Shown in pieces: positions 25,631-41,971 of a stretch of DNA of 64,000 nucleotides. Positions within the stretch are counted from its first letter, which is position 1. The number at the start of each line of letters is the position of its first letter. The notes under the pieces were generated by a model, which had not been told where the DNA came from, did not search any database, and was given only the letters and a program-made list of their open reading frames with translations. This stretch comes from the human T2T-CHM13v2.0 reference genome, Homo sapiens. The DNA is taken from the NCBI RefSeq assembly GCF_009914755.1, contig NC_060933.1; one strand, given 5' to 3'. The translations under genes and the position numbers were made by a program.

Positions 25631-27022
25631 CTATCAAGACAGAAGAAGGGGAAAATCATAATTAGTTTTGCCTTTTTAATATGGTTTGCATTTATAAGCA
25701 TCTACAGCATCATCAGAATAACATTAATTAGAAATACTCTTCTGGTAAGTTCTACACCACATGAACTGAAGCTTCTCACTAGCTCCAGATTCCACACTTA
25801 TCTGAGCCTTCACTATAGGCTAAGATACTATCACACATGATCCAATCAAATTCTCATTCTCCCCAAGGACACAGAGGGAGAAAATTAGGAGACGGTGTTT
25901 GAACCTAGGCCCTGTTCTAATCCCACACCTCTTCCATACACTGTGGTCAGCACAGCAGTTTGCACTCATGCCACTGGATAAAGAGAACCCACTGGGGGAA
26001 ATGCCACAATCCATATGCCACACACGGTGCAGGCTTTCTCTGCCATACCCCAAGGTTACCATAACACTGGACCAATCTGCTCTAAAAACTGGGTGTAGGC
26101 AGAAGGGAGGCCATGCCGACCTGACCACTCTCCACATCCTGACCCATCCCCTGGGATTCAGGGAGGTGTGGAAGAAAGGGGACCAGGATGTGCTCAGAGG
26201 CCACAGGGACAAAAGGTGGGTGGGAGTGGGGCTGAATGGTCAGGGCTCAGGCAACAGCAAAGTTCCTAGGGAGAAAGACACATTCTAAGGGGAGTCAGAA
26301 GATATGAAGAGAGATTCTGGGGCTATCAGGGGAATCACATTAGGGACCTGCAGGTGCAGAGGGAAAAGGAAGGGTGACTTCCAGACTAGCCCCTGGGCAA
26401 AATGGTACTGCTCCCTTGAGACCCTTGACTGTTGTCTGCCAATGTGAATTGAATTGTTGATGCCTATGATGTGATGGGCATTCTTGAGAGTTGTGCAGTG
26501 CTCAACCTGTACAAGTGTCCATGGCTGCCTCAAGGACTCAAACCATTTGGGTGTCTGGACCATTGAGGAAACTGGGAAAAAGGATGGCACCAGGTGAAGA
26601 GCAAAGGACCAGGCTTATGGGACCTGAGGACATCCATTTCCCTTCTCCACAAGTTTTCCCATTTGTCTAAAAACAGAATTGAGGAGATAATCTCTACCTC
26701 TAATGGGGCAACCGATCTCGTATTCCATTTTCTTGACAAACAAAACAAAAAAAAGCTTCTACTTCATCTTTAAAAAAAAAATTAGTCCTGATCTTTCCAA
26801 ATATTTTAATGAATTTCTTCCTGTAGCTCGCTGCAATGCCAGGAGCCTCCTGAGGACTCTCAATTCAACACCAAAGATTTCCAAATCAAATAACTCCTTC
26901 TCTGTTACAAGGGCAGAGTATGGGAAAGATATGGTGATACTTTGTGGCCAATCTCAGAAGGGAAGTGGGTGAGACAGGTAGCTGCTTGGGTGAATTTCAC
27001 CATGAAGTTGAAAGGGCAATGC

Positions 27023-27346
<324 letters not shown>

Positions 27347-29077
27347 TCATTCAGCCTTGTTCACCTAACTGCCCTCACAACACAGGGCTGCTCTTTTGAG
27401 ATCCACACCATAACGAAGGGATCTGTTTCCTTCCTACACTGTGCCTCAAGTGCTGGGAGTGGGTCAGACTCACCTTTAGGGCCCCCAGCACCAGGCATGA
27501 CACACAGTAGGTGCTCAGAAATTTGGGTGCTCAGAACTGATCTGTACAGAGGCTGATGCAAATTTCAGTTCTGGAAGGGGAAAAGGGCAGAGAGCCAAGT
27601 GACCAATGCATGCAGACTTGGTCAAGGTTAGACCAGAGGCTGTTAAGGCCAGCCAAATGTGGCCAAGCTGTGGAAAGAAATGTCAAGGCTATGTGGCTGG
27701 TGAGTTTGTGCAGGGTTAAGCGCACATGGTGCGTTCACAGGAAATCATTTAAATGCCCTGACACAGCATGCCCAATGAGGAAATTGCTAGAAAGCATTAG
27801 AATCACTTCCTTCAAAGCTCTCATGTTAAGAGTGAAGAAATTGCGGTCTGGAAAGGAAAAGACACCTTTGGGACAGGGTCAAGATCAGAACCCAGGTGAT
27901 CTGAACCCCAGTTAGTGCTCCTACCACCCCACCAGCCTGCCTGCCAGGCCTGTGAGCCGCTGCTGGCCATTTGATGGCAGCAATCATGTCCCCAAAGGCC
28001 AACCAAATGCTGTAAATGACTTTTCCTGATCCTCAAGGTGGAGTCCTATGAACCTTTACTCTGTTGGTTTCATTAGCTCATGGAGATCCTCCTGGATCCC
28101 AATAAGGTTATCCATCATACCAGTTAACAGTCCCATCCCTGGTATCATTCTGCAAACATGAACAGCAAGGTTCTCTCTTTAGGCAAGTTGCTGACAAATG
28201 TTCTGAGCTTCGAACACAACCAATGAGCCTCCCTGTGGGGTGGTTTTCCCTTTAAATCCTAAGCGGCCACTCTGTGCAAAGCTCTGTGCTAACCACTAGG
28301 GGGAAACAAAGTTAAACAGTGATAAACATTTGCAAAACACTGGGCGGTTTCACATCGATTTCAATGATGTCATCCCACTTGTTACTCATGGTAACCCTGT
28401 GATATAGGCAATGCTTTTTATCCCCACTAAACACATAAGGAAACAGACCCAAAGGGGTCTGCCACTGTTGCTCAGCTGCTAATTTGGAGGCTAGACTCTG
28501 ACCATAGTCCCTGCTCTTACCTACTTACTATACTATATGCTCCAAACTCCTAAGTAATCCATTTTCCTATCTGTGAGAAAGCAACACATGCAAAAGCTAA
28601 TTATAGCAAACAAAAAAGGAAGTGCTTATGTGGGAAATACCTTGTCATTTTAAGTTCCATGCTTTCTTCTGGTTGATAATATTTTATGTTTTGCAGCAAA
28701 GAGAGGGTATATCCCAGGTTCCAAAGTACAGCATTTCAAGCTGCCCGGCTGTTGTACTTGGAAAGACTTTTACCTGCTATTCATTCAACTCCAACCTGAT
28801 CTTAGAGGCGGTTCTCAGGGGTCATTCCTAGGACGTTTTCCCAGATGCTCTCCCCTCTCCCTAAGCAGGATGAAGTGCACCCCTGGTGGCCATCTCCACT
28901 GCTAGTATCATCCACATCTGCCTCCCTACAGGCTGTAGACTCCTTGGGGAGAGCAGTGTGTTTTATCCATCTGTGCACCCTGAGGCTGGTACAGACCTCT
29001 ATGTGGCACAGGTGCAGGGAACATTCTGGAATAAACATATATTCCAAAAAATATACTTTATTCTTTGAGCCTCATAA

Positions 29078-29742
<665 letters not shown>

Positions 29743-30325
29743 ACAAGTATTAATCTTAAAGAAATGTATGCTCTGCAATATATATATTTATTGAGGGTGG
29801 AGGGATAAAAGCTTATACTTAAAACTGCTTGCCTGATAAGCCATGATTCTATTAGCATGACAGTAATGTGACTATTTCTACTGAAGCCAGTTTGTACTTT
29901 TTAGGTGCCCACAACTTCTTTAGCCCCCATTCTATCAGTTCTTTGCAGAAGGGAACCTGACTACTGAAGCCTGCGATAGAATTCTTTATTTGCTTTTTAA
30001 ATTTTACTCTAAATAGAATTTACTGTTTACAACAGGCAATTCCCTGACAGCTTTCTTCTGGGCAGACATGAAAATACAGTAAGAGCTAACACTTGACACG
30101 TGCCATGCACTATTCTAATAGTTTTACATACAGTCACTCATTTCATCTTCACTACAACCCTTGAAGGAGACACTTATTATCCTCATGGGTCAGGTAATGA
30201 AACTGAGGTCTGGAGAAGCTCAAAGTCGGGCAGGTACAAGTGGAAAAGGCAAGACCTAGGTATATGGCTCCAGTCCAGTTCTCAATGACTCAGCCAGGGA
30301 TGGTCCAACAATAAAGAATTTTTAG

Positions 30326-30907
<582 letters not shown>

Positions 30908-31835
30908 AGGGATGCCAGGATTTAAATTGAATATGCCTATATTCTAGTTAGTGTTCCTGCCTCATAAACCTGAAGCTCAGGCTGTGAACACCAAACTTGC
31001 TCTGAGACATGGGGAGGCTCAGTCTCCTCAGCTGATTGGCCTGGCAGACACAGAGTTCACAAGGTCTACAGATCATAAGAATACAAACTGGTGACCACGC
31101 CACTTCCCATATGGATGTGAAATGGCCGGGCCTGTCCCAGGTATATTGTAGGGAGAAGGGAAGGTTCAAATCCACCCAGGCCCATTCGCCTGTTTTGAGT
31201 TTCCCACTAAGGAGGAGGCGATGCAGGTATCGATGGAGAGACTAACTCTGGTACTCGTCTTACTCGTGAATAGGGTCATCTTTGATGTCCCCTGCCCTCC
31301 ACCTCCTGGTTCCATGCAGGTGGGTGGGTAAGCTGCAGGCCCAGCCACCTTGCTCTTCACCTCCTTCATTTCTGTTCTTTCCTGGTAGGGAAATAGGCAG
31401 ACCTAGGGCCACCTCAGGAGTCCGTCAGCCTTCTCTTGCTATTTTGCCTGTTCTGAGACCAGAGCAGGGTGTGTAGTTCAGCCAGTGCCTGCTCTCAGAC
31501 CTGATCATCTTGCTGCCTTATCTATCTATCACACAGTAGGTCAACAGGGTAATAGGCCAAGATGGTTTGGGCTTCTGGTAGAGGAGATTTCTTAGGTCTG
31601 GAGCTGCAAATGGCTCTACCTGAGTACTATGCTGATGAACTGTACTGCCACCACAAAGCTAGCTACTATAAAGTGACATTTTGCTCTCATCTGGCTATAC
31701 GTTCTTTTCATTGTGCCTACCCAGCATCTACCCACAGGACTTGGAAGGGAATATACCCTCGATAAAGTTTTGCTGATTGAATGAGCGGATTCCTACTCCA
31801 GTTTAAACCAGCCTTCAAGAAAATTCCATCTGGAC

Positions 31836-32116
31836 TTTCTATCCAATATGGTAGCCACTAGCGACGTGCGGTTAGTCCAAATTGAGATGTACCGTCAGTG
31901 TAAAATCCAGACTGATTTTCAAAGACTTAGTATAAAAAAAATGTAAAATATCTTGCTAATAACTTTGTACATTAAGTTAAAATGCTAATATTTTCAATAT
32001 ATTGCATTAAATAAAACATAAAAAACCTCCTGTTTCGTTTTACCTTTTTTAATGAGTGTACTAGAAAACTTAAGTTACATATATGATTCACATTATATTT
32101 CTATTGAATAGCACTG
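31836..32116. mobile_element. MER33-like hAT-Charlie element
   Basis: tccaatatggtagccactagc...cacattatatttctattgaatagcactg. Confidence 0.7.
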
Positions 32117-32636
32117 GTATAGATCAATATACAATCCATTAGCTATACTGCAACTCTGAAAAGAAATTCCTAAGATCCCAGTAGTGTTTTAGAGTAGCAC
32201 CAACCAAGCAGCAGGGGTGACTCCTAGCAAATTTCTTAACCTAGCTGGGTCTAGGTTTCCATGTGTATAAGGGATGACTGATACAAATATTTGTCCCACT
32301 GGGATTTGTATGAAGATCAGATCAAATGCCTGAGCAAAGTTTCTGGAAAATGCAATGTGCAACAGCTGTCTGCTGTCTGATGGGCTCCCTTGGAGAAAAT
32401 TTCACACCACAGTTCATTCATTCCTTTCCCCTTAACCACCTTCCTTAATCTAACATCCCCATGCTACAGGAGAGTGCCAGTCTGAGTAGAAACACATATC
32501 TGGACAGCCAGAGATATGCTGCCCAGCAGGATTCCTGGGGAAGAGGGACTTGGTCAAGCAGGAGGAACCAGTGACTTTCTCCACACACTGATCAGAACAA
32601 CCTGTCCATCCGTGAAATGCTCCCTTTGTGACTTAC

Positions 32637-32689
32637 ATTGTACGGCATAGGACGCTAGAACCACTGCTGAGTTAAGAGGGCAGGTTAAC
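32637..32689 (-). CDS. PTPN3: PTPN3 exon 7, aa 138-156 (FERM F2 lobe)
   Basis: (R)LTCPLNSAVVLASYAVQ(S); tgacag|G and AAT|gtaagt; 53 nt, phase 2-1. Confidence 0.96.
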
Positions 32690-35600
32690 CTGTCAGGAGA
32701 AAAACATATTAGCAAAGTCACAAGAACCAACAACAGCCTTAAACATTGACAGATCATGCGTAGTAACACATGTCTTTCTTTGCTTTGATCAACCATTACA
32801 AAACAACATGAATTGTAACAAAAGCAACTTTATGCTGCACATAAACAGTAAAGGCAAATGTAATACACTAAAATTTTTTTAAAATAAAACCTTTTCATGT
32901 TTAAAATAATATCCATCACAAATACCATGAAACTAAAGGACTAATGCTGGCCAGTGTTTTGGCTGCTCAAGAAGGGTCAGGCTCTTATCTCTAAGAGGGG
33001 AAAAAAAAGTAAAAAAATTGTACTCTGAGATCAATGGGCAGCCTTTAAATCTTTCTAGTAAAGACCTGAGACTCATCATAGGGCTCTCTAACTAAATTCC
33101 TGAGTTCTAATGACCCTTTGGTTCTAGATTACCCTCTTTCTAAAATAGTAACATCCTCTTAGGAGGGACAAGTAGAAAGGTATTTTCAATTTTAAAACCT
33201 GCAATTCCTTAATTAAATTAACTAATTACGATGACTTAGGATTCCTTTATCTATTTGCCCTCCTGAAGATCTACAGAGTTCAGTGATCTGTCTCTCAGTC
33301 TTCGTGCCATTCACTAGTAATCATGGACTTGGGTTGGCCTTGTTCTCCTTTCCTCTTAAACTCACTGCTTTCCCAGGTGCCCTGTTTCTGCCAATGACTC
33401 CACCTCTGTCTTAGGCACATTTTGAATCCTCTGATTGCTCCCTTTTCTTTTCTGCATTCAACTGCAGACTCCACGGCCTGCCCAGGAGCTCACCAGCAGA
33501 CCTGGAGCAGGGGTCACTGCTGGGCAGAACAGGTTAGGGGAGGGCAGGAAGAAGGGCTTGAAGGGTGGGGAGGTCTCTGATAAACGGAGGAATCCTTAAC
33601 AGCAACACTGGGAGCCACTGGGACTTTAAAAATTCTTCCCAGCACCCCAGTGGGAAGTGGGGAACACAGTTTCTATGGCAGCCCGTGAAGTACCCAAGAT
33701 GTGAACCACTCCGCCTTTCTGACAATGCGGCCCTCCAGGGGTTCCGCTTCCTGTCCACTGCACTGTGTGCTGGTTCTGCAGCTGCATATGAAGTCGACTT
33801 TCCCTATCTGAGGGGCCCCCATTGTTCCTCCAGTGATGCTGTGTTCCTGCTGGGACTTGCAAATAATCTCCCCAAGGTTACAGATGAGGTCCAGGGATCT
33901 CACCTCTGTTTGTTCATCTGGAAATCTAGAGAGCTCGTGGGGAGGATAGGCAGAAACAGGATGAGTATCAGCTATTTGCTCTCCTAACAAGATGGGGTTT
34001 GATTAAATCTACGCCAGTGTCCTTGCTGGAGAAAGAGGAGGTGAATGGGATTTGGGGAACAACTTAGAAAAGAGGCTGAGGAGGTTCCCTCTAGATGGAA
34101 GAAACAATCCTATGAAGAAACCAGAAAGAAAAACATTCCAAAAACTGTTCCAAATACATACTAGGGAACACCAGAAGCCTCTGTTCTGCTCTCAACTTGG
34201 CCGCATGTTCCTAAACACATCCCTTTCTTTCACCTTGGGCTTCAGGGTCTTCACCTGCTGAGTGAAGGGCTTGGATGAGATCAACCATCTTGGAAAGAAG
34301 GAGATGACACCTTGAGTGCCGGCTACCATGGACGGCTCAAACAAGTCGGGACAATTTGACACCTAGGAAAAGTGCTCCATATGTTCCACTGGGCCTGTCA
34401 AAAGACCCACAGTTACAAATACACAAATCCACATCTGAGAAGCGTTTGGTAGCAGAGACCCTCTCCTCAGAGAGGTGGTGAGGACTTGACAAGGGCCACA
34501 GATCTAAGCCAGGATGTGGCCTTAACAGATTTGCCCTGATTCACATGGAAATAACAAGGGGCATTTTGTTTGGAGAAGAAAAACTGAAGACAACCCATTA
34601 TTTGGAGAATTAGACTAGAAGTTCCTGAGGAGGCAAGGCCCTGGCCTTATTTGACCAGCGTAGTTCGGTGCCTGTCTCATAAAAAGGTGACTGCAAACTA
34701 TCTGTGGAAAAGACTAAGTGTGCAGAAGAGAAGGAAAGAATGGGTTTCTGCAGCTGCTAAGGACAGCCTGGACCCAGGAGAGGGGTCGGTAATTTCAACC
34801 TTGAGTTACCCTAAAATGTAAAAATGCTGCCTCATGAAAGGGTGAGCTCCCCCTCACTGGGGGTGATCAAGCAGAAGCCTGAAGACCTGTAGATTGTGCT
34901 GGGGAAGTGACTCATTCCTACCTTGAATGGCAGGATGAGCTAAGTGATGAGAATTCTATAATTCTATGAGTGCTCAATAGTCAACAGCTCTGGAAATCCT
35001 TTCCTCAAGGTGTCTCTTGCTTCTAACTATCCACCTCCTCTCTCCACAAACTTCACTGCCATGCCCCCAGGTCTCTGGCCTGGATGCTACAATAGCTTCC
35101 TTGAAGGCTGTCCATTCCCTTCCATCCAGACTGAACCGCCCCTGGCCTCTGCCAGTCTTCCCTTGTGCACAATGATACTATCTTTGTGGATATGGCTCTT
35201 GCCACATCCTTCCTGCTTAAAAACCTTCAACAGTTCTCTTCTGCCTGCTAGATGTAAGATGCCCGCCTACGTAGGACACGAACAGCCCTCTCTATTCTCC
35301 TGTAAGCTCTCAGCATGTGGTTTCCAAGTGGGACTGTCGGGGGTGGGGTGTCTTCTCACTGCCCAGGGAAATCCACCTCCTCACTTCTCTACCCAACCCA
35401 ATTCTGGCTCATCCTAGCAATCTATAAAGACTTTTCTAGCTCACACCAGCAGGAGCTCCTCAAGTCTTATGACAACTGTTGTCTCTACTGCCCATATTGG
35501 TTCTAATTGTTTCCTAATTGCTTCATGGGATACTGTCTCATTTCCCCAGTGAGACTCCAGCTCCCTCATGGTACAGCACGCTGGTAACCTCTGAAGACCC

Positions 35601-36207
35601 TCCTCTCCAGGGCTAAACTCACAGGGGTTGGGGGTGCGGTGAAGAGACTGGGAATAAGCTGTGCTCTTCCCACCAGTTTACCTGCTGCAGTTTCTTCCCT
35701 AAGTCAAGAAAAGGAGGTAGCTCAGGGACCATCGGCTTGGAATTTCCTCTCCCTTCTAGCTACTGAGATGGTCTTGGTAACACAAGAAGCACTGAATCAC
35801 AGGCAAATGAGCAAAAAGCCTCCCAGAGAGAAAATGAGTCATCCGTGGGTACTAAGGGGCTCAAAAGTGGACCCAAATTAGGCCTGATCTGCCTTCCTGA
35901 ATGAAGCCCATTGTACATTCTGGGTCCCCTCCTCCCTTTAAAATTTCTCAGGTCTTTACCAGAAAGATAGCTGCATCCTTTGTAATAAAACTGAAATAAC
36001 ATGAAACAAAGTTATCAATCCTTAGCCTCTCTCAGCCAAGACTGAGGTATAATAAAAACAGATGTCCAAAGCCTAATGCTGTACAGGATGCTTTGCACAT
36101 CCACTCTGTTTAGATTTGATATTGTTACCAGAAATAAACACTCATTAGATTAAAACCAGGAATTTTGCTAGTCTAACAGGAAAAGAAAAATGTAAAATTC
36201 TCATTAC

Positions 36208-36252
36208 CTTCCTTCGCAAATATCCATCTTCAGTTGTAAGAAATACAAGTGC
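36208..36252 (-). CDS. PTPN3: PTPN3 exon 6, aa 123-138
   Basis: (R)HLYFLQLKMDICEG(R); ttcatag|G and AAG|gtaatg; 45 nt, phase 2-2. Confidence 0.96.
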
Positions 36253-39200
36253 CTATGAAACAATTGTTTTCATTAATTCATACTCAAACTGAAATAAGCA
36301 AAAAAAAAAAAAAAAAGAAAGTTTGATGAGTCAAAGACAAGAGCTGTACATGTGAAAGATACATAAAAATACGGTTTTGGTCCAAGGTATCAGGTGCTAC
36401 CTTACGCTCTGCAAAGCTGCCCTGTCATTACTGATGGCTCATGTTGATGCCCTACGTCTTGACTGGTGGGGGCAATTTTCTGCCAGCACAGGCTGTCCTA
36501 TGAAGAGCTGAGCAGGGATGAATGGGGTGGAAACAGCCCACCAAAGATGGGCTGGTACTATGGGTTCCGCTGTCAGTGAGCGCCCCTGCCCTTGAGGACC
36601 AGAACCCACAGGGGCTCTGCACAAGCGGCGCCCACACACTGGCAGGGCCACTGTTCTGAACACTGTGCCAGGATCCATCCACCCAAGCTCCATCTGCATG
36701 AAGTTGCTAAAAGGAGGGGAGTCTGTGAAGACACCTTCTTGGCTGGGGTACAAACCCCCAGGTGAGCATTCTGTGTCCCAGGAACTGTGGGTGCATGAGC
36801 AAAAGCATAAACATCAGTAAACTAGAAGTTTCCAGGACCTCCAAGCTGAATTCTGCACTCATCTCTGGGCAACCAGCAAATGTAACTTCCAAACTCCAGA
36901 CCTGTTTTGTGGGCAAGTCGTGGCAGGCCCCTCAGCCTGTGACTTTGCTCCTCTGCCTGGGGAGCGGGGAAAGGAGGCCTTCGGCAGCATTGCGCAGGTC
37001 AGGAAGCGCCCTGGGGAGACTTCTATTTAGGGATGCGGCATACATGTGACACTTGGCCACTAGCTCCCATGCTTTTTTAAACCCAGATTCAAACGGGATA
37101 GACATTCCATTGTCTGGCCAAGATGACAAAAGGGAAACCTCTTGAAATCTAATATAGACAGGGCAGAAGTGCACAGGGGCAGGAGAGAAATAATTTTCAC
37201 AATTGAAACAAATCAGTTTCATTATTCCTTCAAATTTATAAAGGCCAAGGAACTGGCTTTTTGAGATGGGAATGCTTCAAACAGTATTACAACCTCCTAT
37301 TTGCACAGTTCCGGGCTTTGTACATGGTACTACTTTGTAACTTTCCCTCTTATCTCAGCCTCATAACTCTGTAAGGTAGGTACCACTATCTCCATTTTTA
37401 CAGATGACAAAATCGGAGCTCAGATAGGATATGTGAGGTCAATTGTGTCTTATTTTAACCTGGATGATCATGTTATAAAAAAACTCACTATGCTACAAAT
37501 TTCTTATATGTTTAATGGCTAAAAAGCTTAGGATCCATGTCGTAACTCTAATATTATTACTTTGATTATAATTAACTACCCACAATGTATTGAACACCTG
37601 GCCTTGAGAGACAGTATAACATACATTTGCTGATTCACACCTATTTGGTATTGGAATCTCCATCTTTTCCACCTAGGAGAACATCATCAGTTCTTTCTAG
37701 TTTGTTTCTATGTTTATCCAAGCTGACATTCAACCAGAATTAAGTGTTCTCTCCTCCTACAATGCTACTGAGAGAAAAAAAGAGAAAGGAGAGTTATAGA
37801 TAATCCAATGGTGAACCCGGGCTTTCATTGACAAGCTCAGCTAATCAGTATGTCTTCCTAGGGATATAAATGAGAAGATAAACGTGGAGATCACCACTCA
37901 CCAAATGCTGCCTTGTCATATATTGAGCAAAGTTTCTGAGTCAACCCCATGGCATCATACACAAAGAAACTAGAATAGTGGAACCCAACCCGAGCTTGGG
38001 AGACTTCCTAGGAATCTTGAAGGAGCCTAGTTTTGAGATTGCCAGTATATAAAATTCTGCAAAGAATGATCTAAATTTATCAGAAACAGCAGTTGTGGAG
38101 GCTCACAATGAAGAAGATATTTATTTAACAATTAGAATACAGGATAGTTCTTTAGAAGAGATGCCTGGGATGCCTAACTTCAGAAATGTAATGACCTCTC
38201 TTGTGGGTACCCCACCTGTGACCTCAACTTCAGAAAAATGTAATGACCTCTCTGCCTAGATCCTTAACAAACAAACAAAAACTAACAGATACCACCTCTA
38301 TACATCTTCTTTGACTCTTGAGAGCTAAAATTTCCTTCAGAGGGAATTTCCTTAAACAGGAACTACAAAGCTGGGGTAAGATAACTATGTTCCAGGAATA
38401 TAGGTAAAATCTTTTAAGTTTTTTTATTTTTCATTTTTTTAATTTTTAATTTTTTTAAAGCATGTGAATTAATGGTAGAAGCCTGGTCCAAGATAAGATG
38501 ATCTGGCAGCTAGTCGTGGTGGTATGTGCCTATAATCCCAGCTACTCAGGAGGCTGAGGGAGGATCCTTTGAGTCCAGGAGTTTGAGGCCAGTCTGGGCA
38601 ACATAGCAAGACCCTGTTTCAAAAAATATATATATATATCTGGCAGTCCTGGTGGCCCACCAGCTCTATAAGAGTTATGGGGGTGGCTCCCACCATGGCT
38701 CCTGTTGCAGTAAGATAAATCTGGTGCCCAAATCCCAGAAGGTCATAGTTACATTCTACTCCACAACGGGATACCACCCTTCTTAAGATGGAAGGTGGGG
38801 GTGGGGTGTCAGTTGTCAACCAGTGAATTTTAGAAGAGACAGACACACACTGTTTATTACTCATTCTGTGCTAAAATCTGCCTCCCTGTAGCCTCCACCC
38901 ACTGGCCACAATTCTACGACCCTGCACATCTAGTTCCCCTTTTCCCATGACTACTCTTCGGACACCTGAAGGCAGCCTTCATTTGTGCCCGAGGCTTCTC
39001 TCCATCATGAATGCCCTACATTTCCACAGATGTCCCTCAAATGACAGGAAGGCTCAGCAGGAAGATTTTGTCAGCTCCCAGAGAAGTGGGCTTCTCTTCC
39101 ACAGCGTATGGAAGTGGATGGCCAATGGCCAGGATGGGCCCTGGAGACAAACTCCTAGGTTGCACTGGCCGTAGGAAACCTCTCCCTCAAGTTTGGCCAC

Positions 39201-39385
39201 TGGAGGGCTCTAATGTGCCCAGTGGATGCCACAAACCTGGGGCTCTAGTGTTATGGGAAGGCAGGAGGCAGGTGACAATCACTAGTTTAGGCAGTGCCGT
39301 CCAGACTTGGGGTTGGAACCTCCCAGTTGGTTGTACAATCAATTTAATGCGTCACAGTTGGCAAGTTTTTAAAAAAAGGAAGTAA

Positions 39386-39798
<413 letters not shown>

Positions 39799-39966
39799 TT
39801 ACTTTGGAGTTGTGATTTTTAAAAAACCCACTGGTTAGAACCACACACACGTACACATGTACATACATACATAATCACACACATTATATATAATATATAT
39901 AAAAGACACATATACATGTAAACACACACATATTATGTTGTTTTTAAGACATCCCTTCAACAGAGC

Positions 39967-40262
39967 CTTTTTTTTTTTTCTGCAACAGGGTCTCAGTCGA
40001 TCACTTAGGCTGGAGTACATGGCTTGATCATGGCTCACTGCAGCCTTGAACTTCTGGGCTCAAGTGATCCTCCTAGTTAGCCTCCTGAGATGCTGACACA
40101 TGCACCACCACACCTGACTACTTTTTTATTTTTATTTTTGTAGAGGCAGGGTCTTGCTATGTGGCCCAGGCTGGTTTCAAACTCCTGGCCTCAAGTGACC
40201 CTCCCGCCTTGGGTTCCTGAAGTGCTGGGAAGCTCACAAGTATGAGCCACCATGCCTGGCCC
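39967..40262 (-). mobile_element. AluJ-like element
   Basis: Diverged antisense dimeric Alu, preceded by a (CA)/(TA)-rich tract at about 39840-39935. Confidence 0.85.
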
Positions 40263-41126
40263 AGAGTGTGTTATTTAGTACTGGCCTGAGGAAACCTTGG
40301 TAGGGTCATTTCAAACACATTCTTATAGATTTCATCACCAGCTCTGTGTCCGTCAGCTTATGAAGTAACCTGCTGGGCTGAGTGTTTCTATCCTATCCCC
40401 AGTTTACCAGCATAAAGAGCTGGTATGGGGAAAACTCAGAGGACAGGGCATGCTTCTGTGTGGTCACCGGATGTGTCATACCAGACACCTTGGACATTGG
40501 CTTAAAAAGTAATAAAAAATACAGTCAAATTCCCAGTGTCTGCTATAGTAGAGGGAGGAGGTGCACAAAGAAGGCAAAATACAGTAACAGATTAATATTT
40601 GGCCTTTCAACATATTACAAGTTAAAATGTGATGTAATTACTGCTAAAAAAAATTAACAAGGCAACACTCTGTGTCTGAGTTAATGCTGCCTCCTTGATT
40701 ATGTCTTTTGGCCACGATGAATGTAAAACAGGATTCAATACTAAGCATCTATTGCTTTTTTTCTATAGCTTCCCTCCCTAAGAAAAATAAATGGATCAAT
40801 AATAAAAGGGCTTAACGTTGCCACAGGGGAGGGAAAGTTTGTTTGTGCAGTCTGTGTTAAAACAGCAACAACTTTCTTGTGCTACACTCTCCTACTCCAT
40901 TCCAATTACTCTGTCCCTCACACCTAGAAAAACCCCAGTACCAGCCCAGGGTTGGGAGAGACTCCAAGCCCTGAGGGGTAAACAACTCCTATCACAGCCC
41001 TCTTTCCCTTATCTGGTTCACATATTTCCTGTACTTGCTGATTCACTGAGAAGACAAGCTGAATCCAGCCTGCTCTCCTTTCTAACTCTTGCAAACTGGG
41101 GATCTGATAGAAAATTCTTATAACAA

Positions 41127-41427
41127 AGCTGGCCTGGTGACTCATGCCTATAATCCCAGCACCTTGGGAGGCTGAGGCAGGCAGATCACTTGAGGTCAGG
41201 AGTTTGAGACCAGCCTGGACGACATGGAAACCCCATCTCCGTTAAAAAAAAAAAAAAAAAAATTAGCCAGGCATGGTGGTACCTGCCTGTAATCCTAGCT
41301 ACTCGGGAGGCTGAGGTGGGAGGATCGCTTGAACCTGGGAGGCGGAGGTTGCAGTGAGCCAAGCTCGCACCTCTGCGCTCCAGCCAGGGTGAAGAGAGAG
41401 ACTCCGTCTCAAAACAAAAAAAAAGAA
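41127..41427 (+). mobile_element. Alu element
   Basis: Dimeric Alu; perfect 18-bp TSD agaaaattcttataacaa at 41109-41126 and 41428-41445. Confidence 0.93.
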
Positions 41428-41892
41428 AGAAAATTCTTATAACAAGAGATGTCTTGTTATCTTCAAGAGCCTTGATTTTAGCTCTTCAGAGACATCATGC
41501 TATTTGACCTGTGGATGACTATTTTACAAATTTGTCTTCTACATCCTGCCTACATTGGTAGAAAATGACTTTTTGTCCTTTGAGCACAGTGTGTTCAGCA
41601 GGCAGGAGAGGCCAGGGAGGTGGAAGGAGGTGGGAGAGGTAGGAGGTGGCAGATGGGAGTATGCTGGGAATGGCAGCAAATCAGGAGATAAGAGAAGCAG
41701 GCCCAAGACTGAAAACTCATTAGGTGATTAAAATGTCAGTATGTGCACCCCAGATTTTTACTTGGATCATCATTGTTGGTGTAGTTACACCCAAATGAAG
41801 TTATTTGGCCATAGTAATAAAATGAAGAGTACATTTTTAGTGGTTACTCATTTTTATACACTAAACAGAAAACTTTAAAAAAATGTTGTTAC

Positions 41893-41971
41893 CTGGTTTG
41901 TTCTTGCTGCAGTGTGTTGGGATCAGGTATAAAAAATCTTACTCGAAAATGCAGGGTACAGGGGAAACCTC
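41893..41971 (-). CDS. PTPN3: PTPN3 exon 5, aa 97-123
   Basis: [26 protein letters not shown](R); ttgtag|GA and CAG|gtaaca; 79 nt, phase 1-2. Confidence 0.96.

Noticed and set aside
36978-36988. cttcggcagca, matching the 5' part of U6 snRNA
   Set aside because: Only 11 nt match and the flanks do not continue U6, so this is chance
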